Below are positions 26,771-39,960 of a stretch of 64,000 bases of DNA, one piece after another. The DNA lies in NCBI RefSeq assembly GCF_009914755.1, contig NC_060930.1; one strand, written 5' to 3'. Each line of letters begins with the position of its first letter. The stretch's first letter is position 1. The DNA comes from the human T2T-CHM13v2.0 reference genome, Homo sapiens. The position numbers and the translations under genes were made by a program. Below the pieces are notes generated by a model. The model saw only the letters and a list, made by a program, of their open reading frames with translations. It searched no databases and was not told the origin of the DNA.

Positions 26771-27920
26771 TCATTCTCTCCTAAACTATCAAGTCTTTAT
26801 TTCAAATCAAAGCCAAAGTACACATATTTTGCTTTCTATTTATATACCATTTATCTTCAGCATCTAAGACAGCACTGACTGAACTGATGCATTATTATTT
26901 TTGTTGACTGGCAGTTGGGATGATGCATGTACACAAGTTATATCATCTATTAATGACTGCTTAAACTGGCTGAATATCAATATTTATTTTCATAGACATT
27001 ACAGTAGTTGGAAAATTGTTGTCCTGTCACAATTCTTTAATCTATCATCGTAAAGTCCTAATTATAGAAGTGTTATCAGAATTCAAAATCTTTTCAAATT
27101 TAAATCATTAGTCTTTTACACAGCACTTTAAGCTCAGTTTTCCTCGTATACACTAGGATAAATATTGGTTTAAATCTTAGGTTTTTAAAACTATTATTTA
27201 AAAATAAATTAAATACCTTTAAATGGACTTCATTCAAGTACATGGAGTTACCATACTAATCACTGTCTATTCCAATACTTCTTAACATATTTTGAGCAAA
27301 ATACCCCCTTGAGAAGACAATGGCCTCTTCTTAGAAATGATATATATGCGCATATATTCAAATTCTTACCTATAATTTCATGAGATCCAGAGTCCCTTAA
27401 AGCCTAAGGACATGTCTTTAGGTTAATAATCAAATTAAGTAAAAATTACAACTTAAAGTAGAATCTAGTAGAAGTCAGAACAATAACATCCTATATATTC
27501 AGTGTCATTCTGATCTCATCTTCTTGGGATTGAAGTGGTATTTATTTTATATTCTTTTGCTCTTTACACAAATTAACTTCATCTTATACCTATGTATCTG
27601 CTCATACAATTTGAAAATAAACTACTTGAATCACACGTAATCAAATGCTAGTTTACCTTCCAAAATATTACATGCATAAGAAAAGCTTATGTATATTCAA
27701 TATTTTCAGGATAGAAAATTATCTTATTTTTAGTAAATAATCATTTAATTTTTAGCAATAAATAAGCCAAAGGATCCCAATTTATTAATATGTAATTTGT
27801 TTCATCTTTCTGGCTGACAAAATGTTTGCTATACAAGAGTTTGTTACTAAGAAAATAAAGGAAAATACTGACAAAGAGTCTGCAAAAAGAGAAATTAGCA
27901 AATTAATAATTAATGCTGAC

Positions 27921-28114
27921 CTGCAGCTGCATCCGCAAGTTGTGAGAAAGGCACTACCTGTGACATTCTCTGACTCTTCAAAAATGAAAAGAAATGTCTC
28001 CACAGTGCACTGGCAACTGCAGCAAGGTGGCGCTCTTTAGCCGATAATGAAGACTGTACAAATAGGTCCACATTGTCCCTTTGAAGTTCCTGACACAATT
28101 GTTGATGCATACTC
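27921..28114 (-). CDS. MMS22L: MMS22L coding exon (194 bp, probably exon 15): SMHQQLCQELQRDNVDLFVQSSLSAKERHLAAVASALWRHFFSFLKSQRMSQVVPFSQLADAAA
   Basis: Acceptor ttttAG|GAG and donor CAG|GTCAGC on the minus strand; peptide recognised as MMS22L; phase matches the next exon (G|AC=Asp). Confidence 0.95.
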
Positions 28115-29829
28115 CTAAAAAGAAATAAAAATACAGCTAACACCCTTAATAAATGCTTACAAAAATCTTCTTAAAGTACATTTTGAGCTTTTTCCATTTA
28201 TATCATATGAGAAACATTTTATATAATTAAAACCTTTATGCCAAGACATTATGCATTTCTGGTTGTTTGATGGATGAATGATGGCATATTAAGCATCATA
28301 AAGTTAATGTTAACTACTAATGTCAACCATTAATTATATGCTTTTTAATATGTCAGATCCAAATGAGAAAGAGGCAGCTTCAGAATGAAGGCCTGCATTT
28401 TGCAACTCACACATGACAAGTGATTTTTACTTAAAATCTAGACATGAAAACAATTTTTAAAACAATTTTTAAAACAATTTTCTCCTGAGGGCTTTAGGAC
28501 ATGGATGTACCAAGAGGAAGGTAAGTACAACTGGCTTATGCGTGGTATTTTAAATTAAAATACTTTCCTTGTTTAGAAGACACAGGCCTTGTGTAGTAGA
28601 CAAAACTATGCTAGATACAATCTTACTACTTTGGTCCCAAAAGATTCATAATCATTCTCACTTGGTAGGCAATAATATACAATAACAAGTTGCTCTTCAT
28701 AAAATAATAAAACATAATTCGATACTGCCTCAAATTTTGATTAATCATTTACTCACCTTTGCTGATTAATTCAATCGAAAATTTAGATATCTCTAGACCT
28801 TAATAGAAACGTGCAGGAAATTGAGGTTACCAAAGAGAGGGAAATAAGAGATCTTCTTAGTGATGTGGAACAGAAGGCATTTATGTTGTGCACCCACTGA
28901 TAATATGATTATTTAAAACTAAATGTACAACCATGCTATTATTCCTGTTTCTGTTTATATTACTGCCAGATCAACTGAGTAGACATAAATGCATGGATAC
29001 ATTTACATTTGCATTTTTTTTTCAATTATACAGAAAGCAGCAAAAAATAACCAATGGAAATTATGGAGAAGACTTCCTTTAATAGAGATAGCATTCCACT
29101 AAGAAAAATAATTAAGTACTTTAAAAAAGATGTTTGATGTTTTTAAACAGTTTAGGGGAAGTGGATAACATGAAAGAACTATACAAAACACAGAACTAGC
29201 ATGTGTATCTAAAGCAATCCCACAAAAAGATCAAGCTGGTTATAAGATCACATCTTAGAATATTTCGCATAACTACCCAAGAGTGAGTAAAAATTCTAAG
29301 TATAAACTGTATAACATTAGGGCCTTGAGCCCCTTTACATTGGAATTCCTGGAAAATTATGGGATATTACTTAATACTACAGGAAATATTCAAAAAACAA
29401 GTGAACAAATGGCTGGGGAAAGAGTATACAGTAAACAATTCTCATAAAAGCTAACCAAATATCTGCTATGTCCTCTCTGTAAAAACTTCTTGAGATGCTT
29501 TCAACTTGAACTAGTGGCTAGAGAACCATTTCAGTTCCTTTATCTTAGAGTGAGATAAATAACAAACCACTAAAATCTATCTGGCAACTAACTCAACTGC
29601 CTATATCAACATAGCAAAGTTCACAGTACATTTCTACACAGTGGAATCCATGTAAAATAATACCACCATTTCTACTGCCCTTTATAGCTTTTTCAAAGTA
29701 TATTGGTTTCAAAAGACAATAAATAACTTATGGTACTTGAGTAGGATGGATTTTGCTCACCATATCTAAAAAAGCCATTTTATTTACTAACTAAAACCTA
29801 TTCCCTAGGAAGGAGTAACATTTCTGATC

Positions 29830-30030
29830 GACCTCTATATATGTGCTAGAAATTCCTTAAATTAATTAAATTCTTTTAAAATCGGAACAACTCTATGAGA
29901 TAGGTATCATTAATCCTCTTTATAGATGACGAAGCTAACAGTAGGAAAGCTAAATATGCCCAAAGGTCACATGGCTAGAAAGGGCTGGCCCCATCATCTG
30001 AACTTAAATCTGACTCTGAAGCCCACTTTT
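29830..30030 (-). mobile_element. MIR
   Basis: aactctatgagataggtatcattaatcctctttatagatga..gcccaaaggtcacatggctag. Confidence 0.65.
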
Positions 30031-30130
30031 CTTTTTACACACTAAGACATGCACCCTTATGCGCCTACACATACACAAGTTTTAAGTGAATTAAACATTG
30101 ATAAATTATCTTCTCTTTCTACTTAGGTTA

Positions 30131-30435
<305 letters not shown>

Positions 30436-30713
30436 GGAATTTCAGAAAGCTTAAGAAAAGGGGCTGGAAAAGCCACATGTAGCTGTGTCTTTTGAAGGGC
30501 CAGGAGCAACATCAGAATTCTAACATTAGGAAAGACTATAAGAAGAGATGCTAGAAAACATGTATTCAAGGCAATAATGAGAAAGGCCAACAAATGTGAA
30601 CCACCTTTGACCTCTCCACAACAAAACGTTGAGGTACCAGGGAGTATAAGTATGAGCTAACGTGGGGATAGGATTCAAAGTTCTGAATCCATTAGGTTTA
30701 AAAAAAAAAAAAA

Positions 30714-31009
30714 GCCGAGTGCAGTGGCTTATACCTCTAATCCCAGCATTTTGGGAGGCTGAGGTGGGTGGATTGCCTGAGCTCAGGATTTCAAGACCAG
30801 CCTGGGCAACATAGTGAAACCCCATCTCTATTAAAAATACAAAAAATTAGCCGGGCGTGGTGACATGTGCCTGTAGTCCTAGCTTCTTGGGAGGCTTAGG
30901 CTGGAGGATTGCTTGAGGCAGAGGTTGCAGTGAGCTGAGATTGCACCACTGCACTCCAGCCTGGGCAACAGCGAGACTCTGTCTCCAAAAAAAAAAAAAA
31001 AAAAAAAAA
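30714..31009 (+). mobile_element. Alu (J/S)
   Basis: Dimer with a small right-arm deletion and a poly-A tail. Confidence 0.93.
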
Positions 31010-33597
31010 GAATAATTAATTAAAAAAAAAAAACCATTGTGAGGTAAAAAATTTTAAAGCTATAGATTACATCCTCCAAGGTTGAGTTAAAACAGCTAAG
31101 ACAAGTTTCAACTAAGGGTAAGACACTGACCCCAAACCACACTTGTGTTGGAAATGTGCACCCACTTTGTGTTTTTGGATTTGAAAAGCAGCTAATATCC
31201 CCGGGAATATGCAAAATGTTTCCTGCTCAATAGTTTGAAAGTTCAAGCTTTTTCAGTCTGGATAAGAAGAAATGATTACCTGCTATTTTAAACCAGAACC
31301 TAGTTGTTTAAGACCTTATAATAATAATTTATTTAAGCATAAAGAAATCAGTGAGTGACAAATACAGGAAATGCCAAGAGTGCACTGTAATAGAAGTCTG
31401 AAGGAAGAACCAAATTTTTGCACTATAGCCAAATAGCTAGAAATACTCCTTGCAGACACTGGTAATTTTTTAAAATCACATGTTTGAACCAGAAAACTAA
31501 TTATACAGACTACTGAAAAATAAATTATATTAGATGTGACCACTGCATATCTGCTGAAGGTACATTTACAAAAATGCAAAGAAGAAGCTCTGTCACTAGA
31601 GGTAACAATGTAAAAGAAAACACAAAACATACATAAAATATTATAAAGAATGTAATATAGTTCTAGGTGATGGCTGTTTTATGAGGCATTATTTACCTTC
31701 TTCAACACAAACAGTAGAAATATGTAAGTAGATTTTTTGCATAAAAGGAAAAATATGTGATTTCTGGTCAGAAACTGAAAGACATAACACAAGGATGTAG
31801 GATCTCCCAACACTTGGCAATTGTTTTATTTGAGTAAAGACAGATTTCACATTAAGATCAGTTTGGAAATACAAGATCAGATAAGGAAATACACACATGT
31901 AACCAGCTCTCTTACATTATAAAAGATATAATACAGTATAGTAGAAAATAAATTTGCTGAATGTCAAGTTATTCAAATTGCAGCTCTCACGGTGGAAATA
32001 ACAGCAACATCCAGCATTTACTGGTATTTACTATGAGACCAGCACCATGCAAAGTGTTTTATAAGCATCGTTTCTCACCCTATGAGGTAGGCATAATTAT
32101 TATTCAAATCTTATATATGAGAAAATTGAGACAAAAGGAGTAATTATGCTGCGTAATAAACATGGTTATTAGCATAGCTATCCAGAGCAGTGTGGCTTTG
32201 GAAAAACAAGTAACCTCCCAACTCGCTGTTTTCTTTAGAGTCAAGAACAGGAACAATTGTTGCTATATCCACCTAACAGGGTTATTGTGAAGACCACAGG
32301 AAATAACATTCTGAAAAGTTTAGAAGCCTATCATTACACTATATAAACACCCACACTTTCACATACCAATTATCCAGGTGTTCCTACGCTTCTATTTTAG
32401 CTCAGTTACCCTGCCTCCTTTAGCTTTCCTCATTATCTTCAAGTATTTTCCTGATTCTTTCATCTGACTGCTCTTTTGCCCCACTTTCCAAGATTTCCTG
32501 TTTTTATTTGTCTGCTACTTCTTGCTTTGATTTCATGTTTACTTATCCATTTTGCCCCCACCTCTCTACTCCCACACAGATACCTTATCCCCACAGACAC
32601 ACAAATTTATTGAGGCATCTATCATATGAGACGCATGGAACCCTGTACCTGAAACTTCTACCTGCCAGTCTGGCCTCTCAGTTTCTGCTCCTCCCTAGTA
32701 ACTTAGGCAGGCTTCTGGGAACACTTACTGGACCACTGCTTATAGTTTTCGCCTCTAATCTTGGCATACCATTGTTTCTCCTATAACTGTTATAGAATAA
32801 GGTATGACATCCTATATACCACTTTCCTGGTATTCACAGTTGTATATTAATTATTTCTAATACATGATGCCTCAAAGTTTAAGGAAAATTAAAATTGTCT
32901 ATTGATGGACTTTTCATCACATGGAAAAAGCATAATATAATAAATATGACTGGTAAGGATTAACAGCAATAATTGAATTCTTTTAACTCTACTGCAAACA
33001 TGGTAACTTTAAAAAAATCTTTATTAGTGAAAAATATAATGGAAAATTTTAAGTCAAAAAGTTGTTCCAAACCACTATGAGTAATTATTCCAAGTATCTT
33101 ATTGATCTGATGGAAAACTAAATGGGAATCAGGACACTCTATAACCATTTTTAGCTTCAGCTAAACTCACTAAAAAATCTTAGACACTGAATCCTCTCAT
33201 CATACTTGCTTGTATCTGTGAAACAGGGCTTACTCTGCCTTATTATCCAGGAAGAATATAACATAACTAAGGTAATGGCATTATCAGAAAAACAAAAAAT
33301 CCCTGAAATTTAAACAGTGGAAGTTATCCAAAAAATCATCAATCCAATCTTGTCTTCAAAAAATGAGAAAAAACAATAGACAACTTCTAGGTATGAAGAG
33401 ACTTTTACAAAGCCTCAATTTGAGATAATGGTAGTTTCAATCCTGAGTCCCAATCCTGTGCATGCCCAAATTGTCAGGGAGAAACCAGGCTGGCAAGTAG
33501 CATTCAAGCACACTTTGCAATGCCTCCATGTAACAGACACCCCAGTACATCTGTGTGTCTGTGCATATGTGGAGGAGGGGGTAAGTAGGTGGTAGAC

Positions 33598-33652
33598 GGA
33601 TGGATGGATGGATGGATGGATGGATGGATGGATGGATGAATGAATGAATGAA
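33598..33652. repeat. (GGAT)n(GAAT)n compound microsatellite
   Basis: Direct reading. Confidence 0.95.
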
Positions 33653-34199
33653 TATGTGAAATCAAAGCAAGAGTTTATTGACTGTTTTGATGATAAAGCA
33701 CAGCAGTGGCAATGATGCTTACCGTCACATATAATTACAGAGAAAAATAAGGGCTCCTTGAGATGCAAGGAGAATTCTTCAAATGAGCTCTTGTCTAAGA
33801 CAGAAAAGATCAGCTTGTGACTCTGGAAAACTACTAAGCCTCAGTTTTTCATCTGTTAAATGGAAATAAGGCCCTACTGTCCTCTATGGAGCTGCTAAAG
33901 CATTAAAGTCACAGCATTTAGGTAAAAATACTTTGTAGACAAGGCAAAATAATATGCACTTTCATAGACTGTAAGGCAAGACAATATGCATTACTGCTTC
34001 TAAATCCTAATAAACATGTTCTTAGAGGCATTCGAACATCACTAGAAAGATACAAGCTTTGGAGACAGACATACTAAAGTATACATCCTATTTTGCCAAT
34101 TAGCAGTTGGATGGTCATTTCCTCATCTGCTGCAAGAATTAAATAAGACATATTCAATAAAGAGTAACTATTAGGGTTGGCCAGAGAATTAAAAACTGT

Positions 34200-34420
34200 T
34201 TAATGATAATATATGTACTAGCCCTATTCTAAGTGTTTGACCTTTTATAACTAATTTAATCTGTAGGTACTTTATTGTCCTCATTTTATAGACAAGGAAT
34301 CTCAGTACAGAAAGGATAAGTAATTTGCTTGGGTCATGCTCTTAGTAAGCAGCAGAGCCAGGATTTGAACCCAAACAGTCTAGCTTCAATACCCCAATTC
34401 ATAATCACTATGCTACAGCT
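34200..34420 (-). mobile_element. MIR
   Basis: cctcattttatagacaaggaatctcag..gcagagccaggatttgaacccaaacagtct. Confidence 0.75.
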
Positions 34421-35145
34421 GCCTCAAATACCATTTTACTACACAAATAAATAATACATGCTCCAAATGTCGCATTGCTGTATTCACTCATTCATATGTA
34501 AGTTCTTAATAAAGGTAGTTATAAAGTAGTATAACAGCTAATCCCAGGTGATATACCAGATGCATACATGTTAAAAGTTTAATACTTCTGGGGAGTGCCA
34601 GGCTCTATAGGGATTCCAAAGGTCAACGATGTGTGATAATTTACAATTTTCCTATGCTCCAAAATTGACTTAGTTTGCAAGACTGGGAAAGAACAACAAA
34701 TCAGGAATCCAGTGATGAACCTAGCAAACCAAGCATGCCTATAATAATGCTGTCTTACATACAATAAAAGGGGTGAAGTGCCTAAAATGAAGTTGCTTGC
34801 CTGTGTCCCAAAAACAGTAACTAGCACTGGTATGAAAACATACCAGTAAGAAGTCATCATTTTTAGAATTTACCCTCATATTTTCATTAGTCTTGACTTT
34901 GTAGATGATTATGAGTATAAAATTACTTAAGTTTTTCAGTTACGTTTCACTGTATTTTATAACACAGTAGTAACAAGGATCCACTTCCTTGTTATTATTG
35001 TAAGTAGTTCCCAATGTTGACTACCACCAAAATTATCTGTATATCTTTCTACAAATTTACTAATGTCTTGGCCTCACTAAAGATCTTTCTGCAACTTCAG
35101 CATTGGGCCCAATCATAATATTTACTATTTGTTTTTAATTCCTGA

Positions 35146-35782
<637 letters not shown>

Positions 35783-36289
35783 AGGGTCTACATTTCTACC
35801 AGGCAGATGCTGCTATCCTATGGTGCACCATGCTGTGGGCAGTCACCTTCTTGGCTTTCCTCATCTAAAAAAAAAGGGATAATAATAGTACCTACAGAAT
35901 TACATTAATAAAGGCCAAACACTTAGAATAGATCTGGCATATATATTTTCAATAAACAATCTTTGATTTTCTGATCAATAATTATTTCATTTATTGAATA
36001 GGCCTTATTTAATTCCTGCAACAGATAAGGCAATGACCATGCAACTAGCAGTTCATAGACTAAGTAACAAGATCATACATAATCCTGTCATGGAGGAGGA
36101 TTGAAAATACTCCTTTACTCTATAGGTATAAGTGCAAAACAAAGTATAAGATTGTTTTACCAACTCAGAGGAGAAAAACCTTTGGGGGGAAGCACAAGAA
36201 AATGGGCGTGGAAGAGATTCTCAAAGGATAGGTAAGGAGTGTTTAGGTGAAAAGGAGGAAAGTAAAAACACAAAGGTATATAAAATCAA

Positions 36290-36860
36290 ATCACTTACTC
36301 TCTAATTCAACATATACAGCATACGTTCTAAGCAGTAGGGTACAAAACTAGCAAACAGACAAAGTCTCTGCCCTCTGGAACTTATATTCTAATGAGAGAC
36401 AGATAATTAAACATACAACCATGTAATACCTGAACTTGTGGTGAGCTTTATGTATAAAAAAGAAATCACAGTATGGGGATGATGATTGATAGAACTTTGT
36501 ACAATAACATTGTACTTGTACAATGATCAGGAAACATCTTTTAAGAAGGTGACATTTGAGCAAAGAACTAAATAAGTAAGGGAGGGAAACACACAGGTAT
36601 ATGGGGAAGAATATTCCAGTGAGAAGAAAAAGTGCAAAGGTGCTGGGCCTGGCACAGTTTCACAGACTCAAGGAACAACAACCAGGAGTCCAAAGTGGCT
36701 GAAGCACAATGGGTGACAGATGAACAGCAGATGAACTGGAGAGGTGGCAGGGTTCCAGACCATGTAAGATCTTGTGAGCCATGTAAGGACTTTGGATAAA
36801 ATCCAAGTGGATAACAAGCCAGAAAAGCAGAAGTGTAATATAATTTACATCTTAAAAGGA
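36290..36860 (-). mobile_element. L2a
   Basis: cagacaaagtctctgccctctggaacttatattcta, aaggtgacatttgagcaaaga, gccatgtaaggactttgga. Confidence 0.8.
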
Positions 36861-39394
36861 ATATATAAAAGAACAAGGTGTTTGAAGAATGAAAAAAACG
36901 TAACCACTTTGATTATAATAGAGAATTTTTATAGTAGCATTGGAAGGCAATAAATTTAAGAATACAAATGGTGTTCCATTTGTTCAGTCATATGTTTTCT
37001 TCATTCACTTCAGAAGAAGTTACTCAGTGCTAGTCACTATGTCTGATGCTAGAGATACAAAAATGGTTAATCCTGCTGTTAAAAGAAAAATCAAGACTTC
37101 ATTCTTAAAGTGGTAAGAAGACACTGAAGGATTCTGAACTGGAGGGTGATATAATGAAAAAAGTGCTTTGGGAAAGATTAATCAGGTAATGGCAAACAGA
37201 ATGGGTCAGAACAAGAACTGACTAAAGATAAAAGAAACTAATTAAGAAGCTTCTGTAAACATCCAGGTAAGAGCTAATGTGCATTTTCAGTTACTTTATG
37301 AAGGAAAAAGCCAACACTAATTATTTCGCATTTTGTGAGGGAAAGGAAGGAGCAGCCTGTCATTGCCAAATTTTGGGGGAGAAAAACTGAAAGTTACGAG
37401 GGACAGTTAATTATAACAGGAGGATATAATTTGATATGAAAAGAGAAAATTGAAGTAACACTATCGAAAATATTTTTGGAAATCTGGACCTAGAGTCGAA
37501 GAGTACAATCAGACTCAGGAATCATTCTACCTAATAGTTCAGATCATCTTAATGAACACGTCAATGTCTGTTAATTACATGAGCCATTGTACTAGATGTT
37601 ATCAAATATAGTCCTTCCTTTCAAAGAATGTACAGTTAAGTGCCGAGACAGAGGTATGTAAAGAGTAAAAAACAGGATTCAAAGAAGACTTCCTGGAGAA
37701 GACATGCCATTACCTGTTACAGAAGTCATATTAGTTAATTAAAAAAATAATAGAGTTGCAGAAAGTTAAAATAACATGAGTAAAGCATAGTGACATGAAA
37801 TTGCATGGTACATGAAGGGATTCACAAACAGTGTGGTATTACTAGTAGACGGTATTACCTTTAGTCAAGTGCCAGTAACTATAGTATTGATAAGGAACTG
37901 TAGTACTGATAAGAACAATGTAACTATACATTTGTATAATGTAACTATAGTATTGATAAGGAACAGGTCATAGAGGATCATGTCATCTCAAAAAGTTAGA
38001 GCCAAAAGTAAAGTCTTTAAGGTAGCTGGAAATGAGAGAAAACCAACTTATATACCCAACATATATATTCCTCATGGTTTGTTCCCAGATAATCTAATGC
38101 TTATTAAGGATTGCCTAATATATTTATACATTTAAACATCCTCTTTAACTGCACTGTGCTAATGTTACAATGCTAGTTGTCTCTGAAATATTTTCATTAA
38201 AAAAACCCAACCTGATGAGTATGTGCAGTGTGACTTTGCACATATACGAATCTATATTACTCATTACAACATACTACACATATATAGATACATAATTATA
38301 TCTATACATTTGTATATCTATATCTATACATTTTGCCAATGCTTAAGTGTTATCTTATGCTCTCATCTAATAAAAGTGAGCATGGGCAGAGCTACCCATA
38401 AGCTTCGGTGCTGACCCATAAGCATCAGCTTCACCTATAAGCATCATTATGACCAACAAGTTATAGTCCTGAAGTTAACACACAAAAAAAAAATAAAAAT
38501 TTTCACGCTGGATGTTAAAATTTAAGTTTTACAGCATCACAAGATGCCTTCAAGGAAATGGTTGAGGGTAAAGGCCACAATTAAGGCTTGGGTACATCCT
38601 TTGGCATTATAACTATAAGGAACTACAGACGTCATCGTAGGTTAGTAATTTCTAAAAGAAGAGCAGAATGATCATCATCTGATTGTGACAACTTGCACTG
38701 CTTGTATTCAGTTAGGGCTCCCATTTCCAGGAACTCATCCTCCAAATTTAATAGCAAGTGTGTGGGTACAAGGTAATGAACGAAAGTAAAAGAGGGGGAG
38801 ATTATGGCTGAATATGAAGCTAGTCAGTCTCCAAGTTTTCTACTACCAGAGTATCACGTGGGTAGGACCACTAGTTAAGGTCCAGGATCTTTGTCCTTGG
38901 GGTTAAAGGCACTCAGAGGTGAGATCATCTCTGAAAATAATCTCACAACAAAATGTACATGCCTTATAAAATATGTGAAGTTGTTATACTGGTTTTTGGG
39001 ATTTCAAATACAATTATCTTCCTCTTCAAATGTAAATGGATAGGGTATAACTGTGCAAGCACACATGCACTAGATCTTATCCAAAATGTTATGTATTGAA
39101 TTCTCATAGAAGAAAAAAGAATGAGCTCAGGCCGGGGGGCAGTTAGGAATTGGTGACTAAAAAAGAAAGTTAGAATACAAGCAACAGTGTGAACAAAATA
39201 TTTATGGAATATGCCCTCATTTTCATTTTGGAAGAGACCACCAATCTATCTAACTTAGCAGCACTGGAGCCAATAATTACTATGATATTAAGAACACCTC
39301 ACAATCTTTAATTTTCTTCCTCCTCCCAATCCTCCCCCACCCTGCATCTCTATCTCTGTCTTGCTTTGGCTATTCCACTGTTTGCTGAAAAACG

Positions 39395-39960
39395 TGTAAT
39401 TTTTAAAATATGGCCACAATTCTTTGACACTTCTTGATTCTGAGAGATCCTGTGACTGATTTGACCAAAGAGCACAGCAGACATGACATTATGTGGCTAT
39501 AAGGTTTGGTAATAAAAGGCCATAAAGCTTCTGCCTTGTTTGCTGGGAATACTCACTTTTAGAGCCCTGAAATGCAATGTAGGAAGTCCAATGACCCTGA
39601 GAATACCCTGTTCGAGAGGCCACAGACAGCACTCAGGTCAACAGTTCCAGCTAAGCTTGTCCACCAGCCATTCTAGCTTAGAAACTAGATGTATTACTGA
39701 AGAAGAAGCCATCTAGGAACTGGATCCTCCAGCTTCAGCTGTTCTAGTCTCGGCCTTTAGTTACTCACAGACATTGAATTAGAGTTACTTCCAGACATTG
39801 AATCATCCTAGCTGAGGCTCCAGACGTGGTAGAGCAGATAAGAGCTGCCCTTGGCTTTTCAAAGTCCTGACCTACAGAATCTGTAAGCATAATAAAAGGA
39901 TTGCTGTTGTGGTGTTTTACCCACTATGTTATTACATAGTATATTATGCTCTAAAGGGCA
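39395..39960 (+). mobile_element. MLT1 (H/G-like) MaLR LTR
   Basis: atggccacaattctttgacactt start; cagaatctgtaagcataataaaa..ttgctgtt end. Confidence 0.75.

Noticed and set aside
28750-28760. Consensus donor AAG|GTGAGT on the minus strand
   Set aside because: No convincing upstream acceptor or polypyrimidine tract to define an exon.
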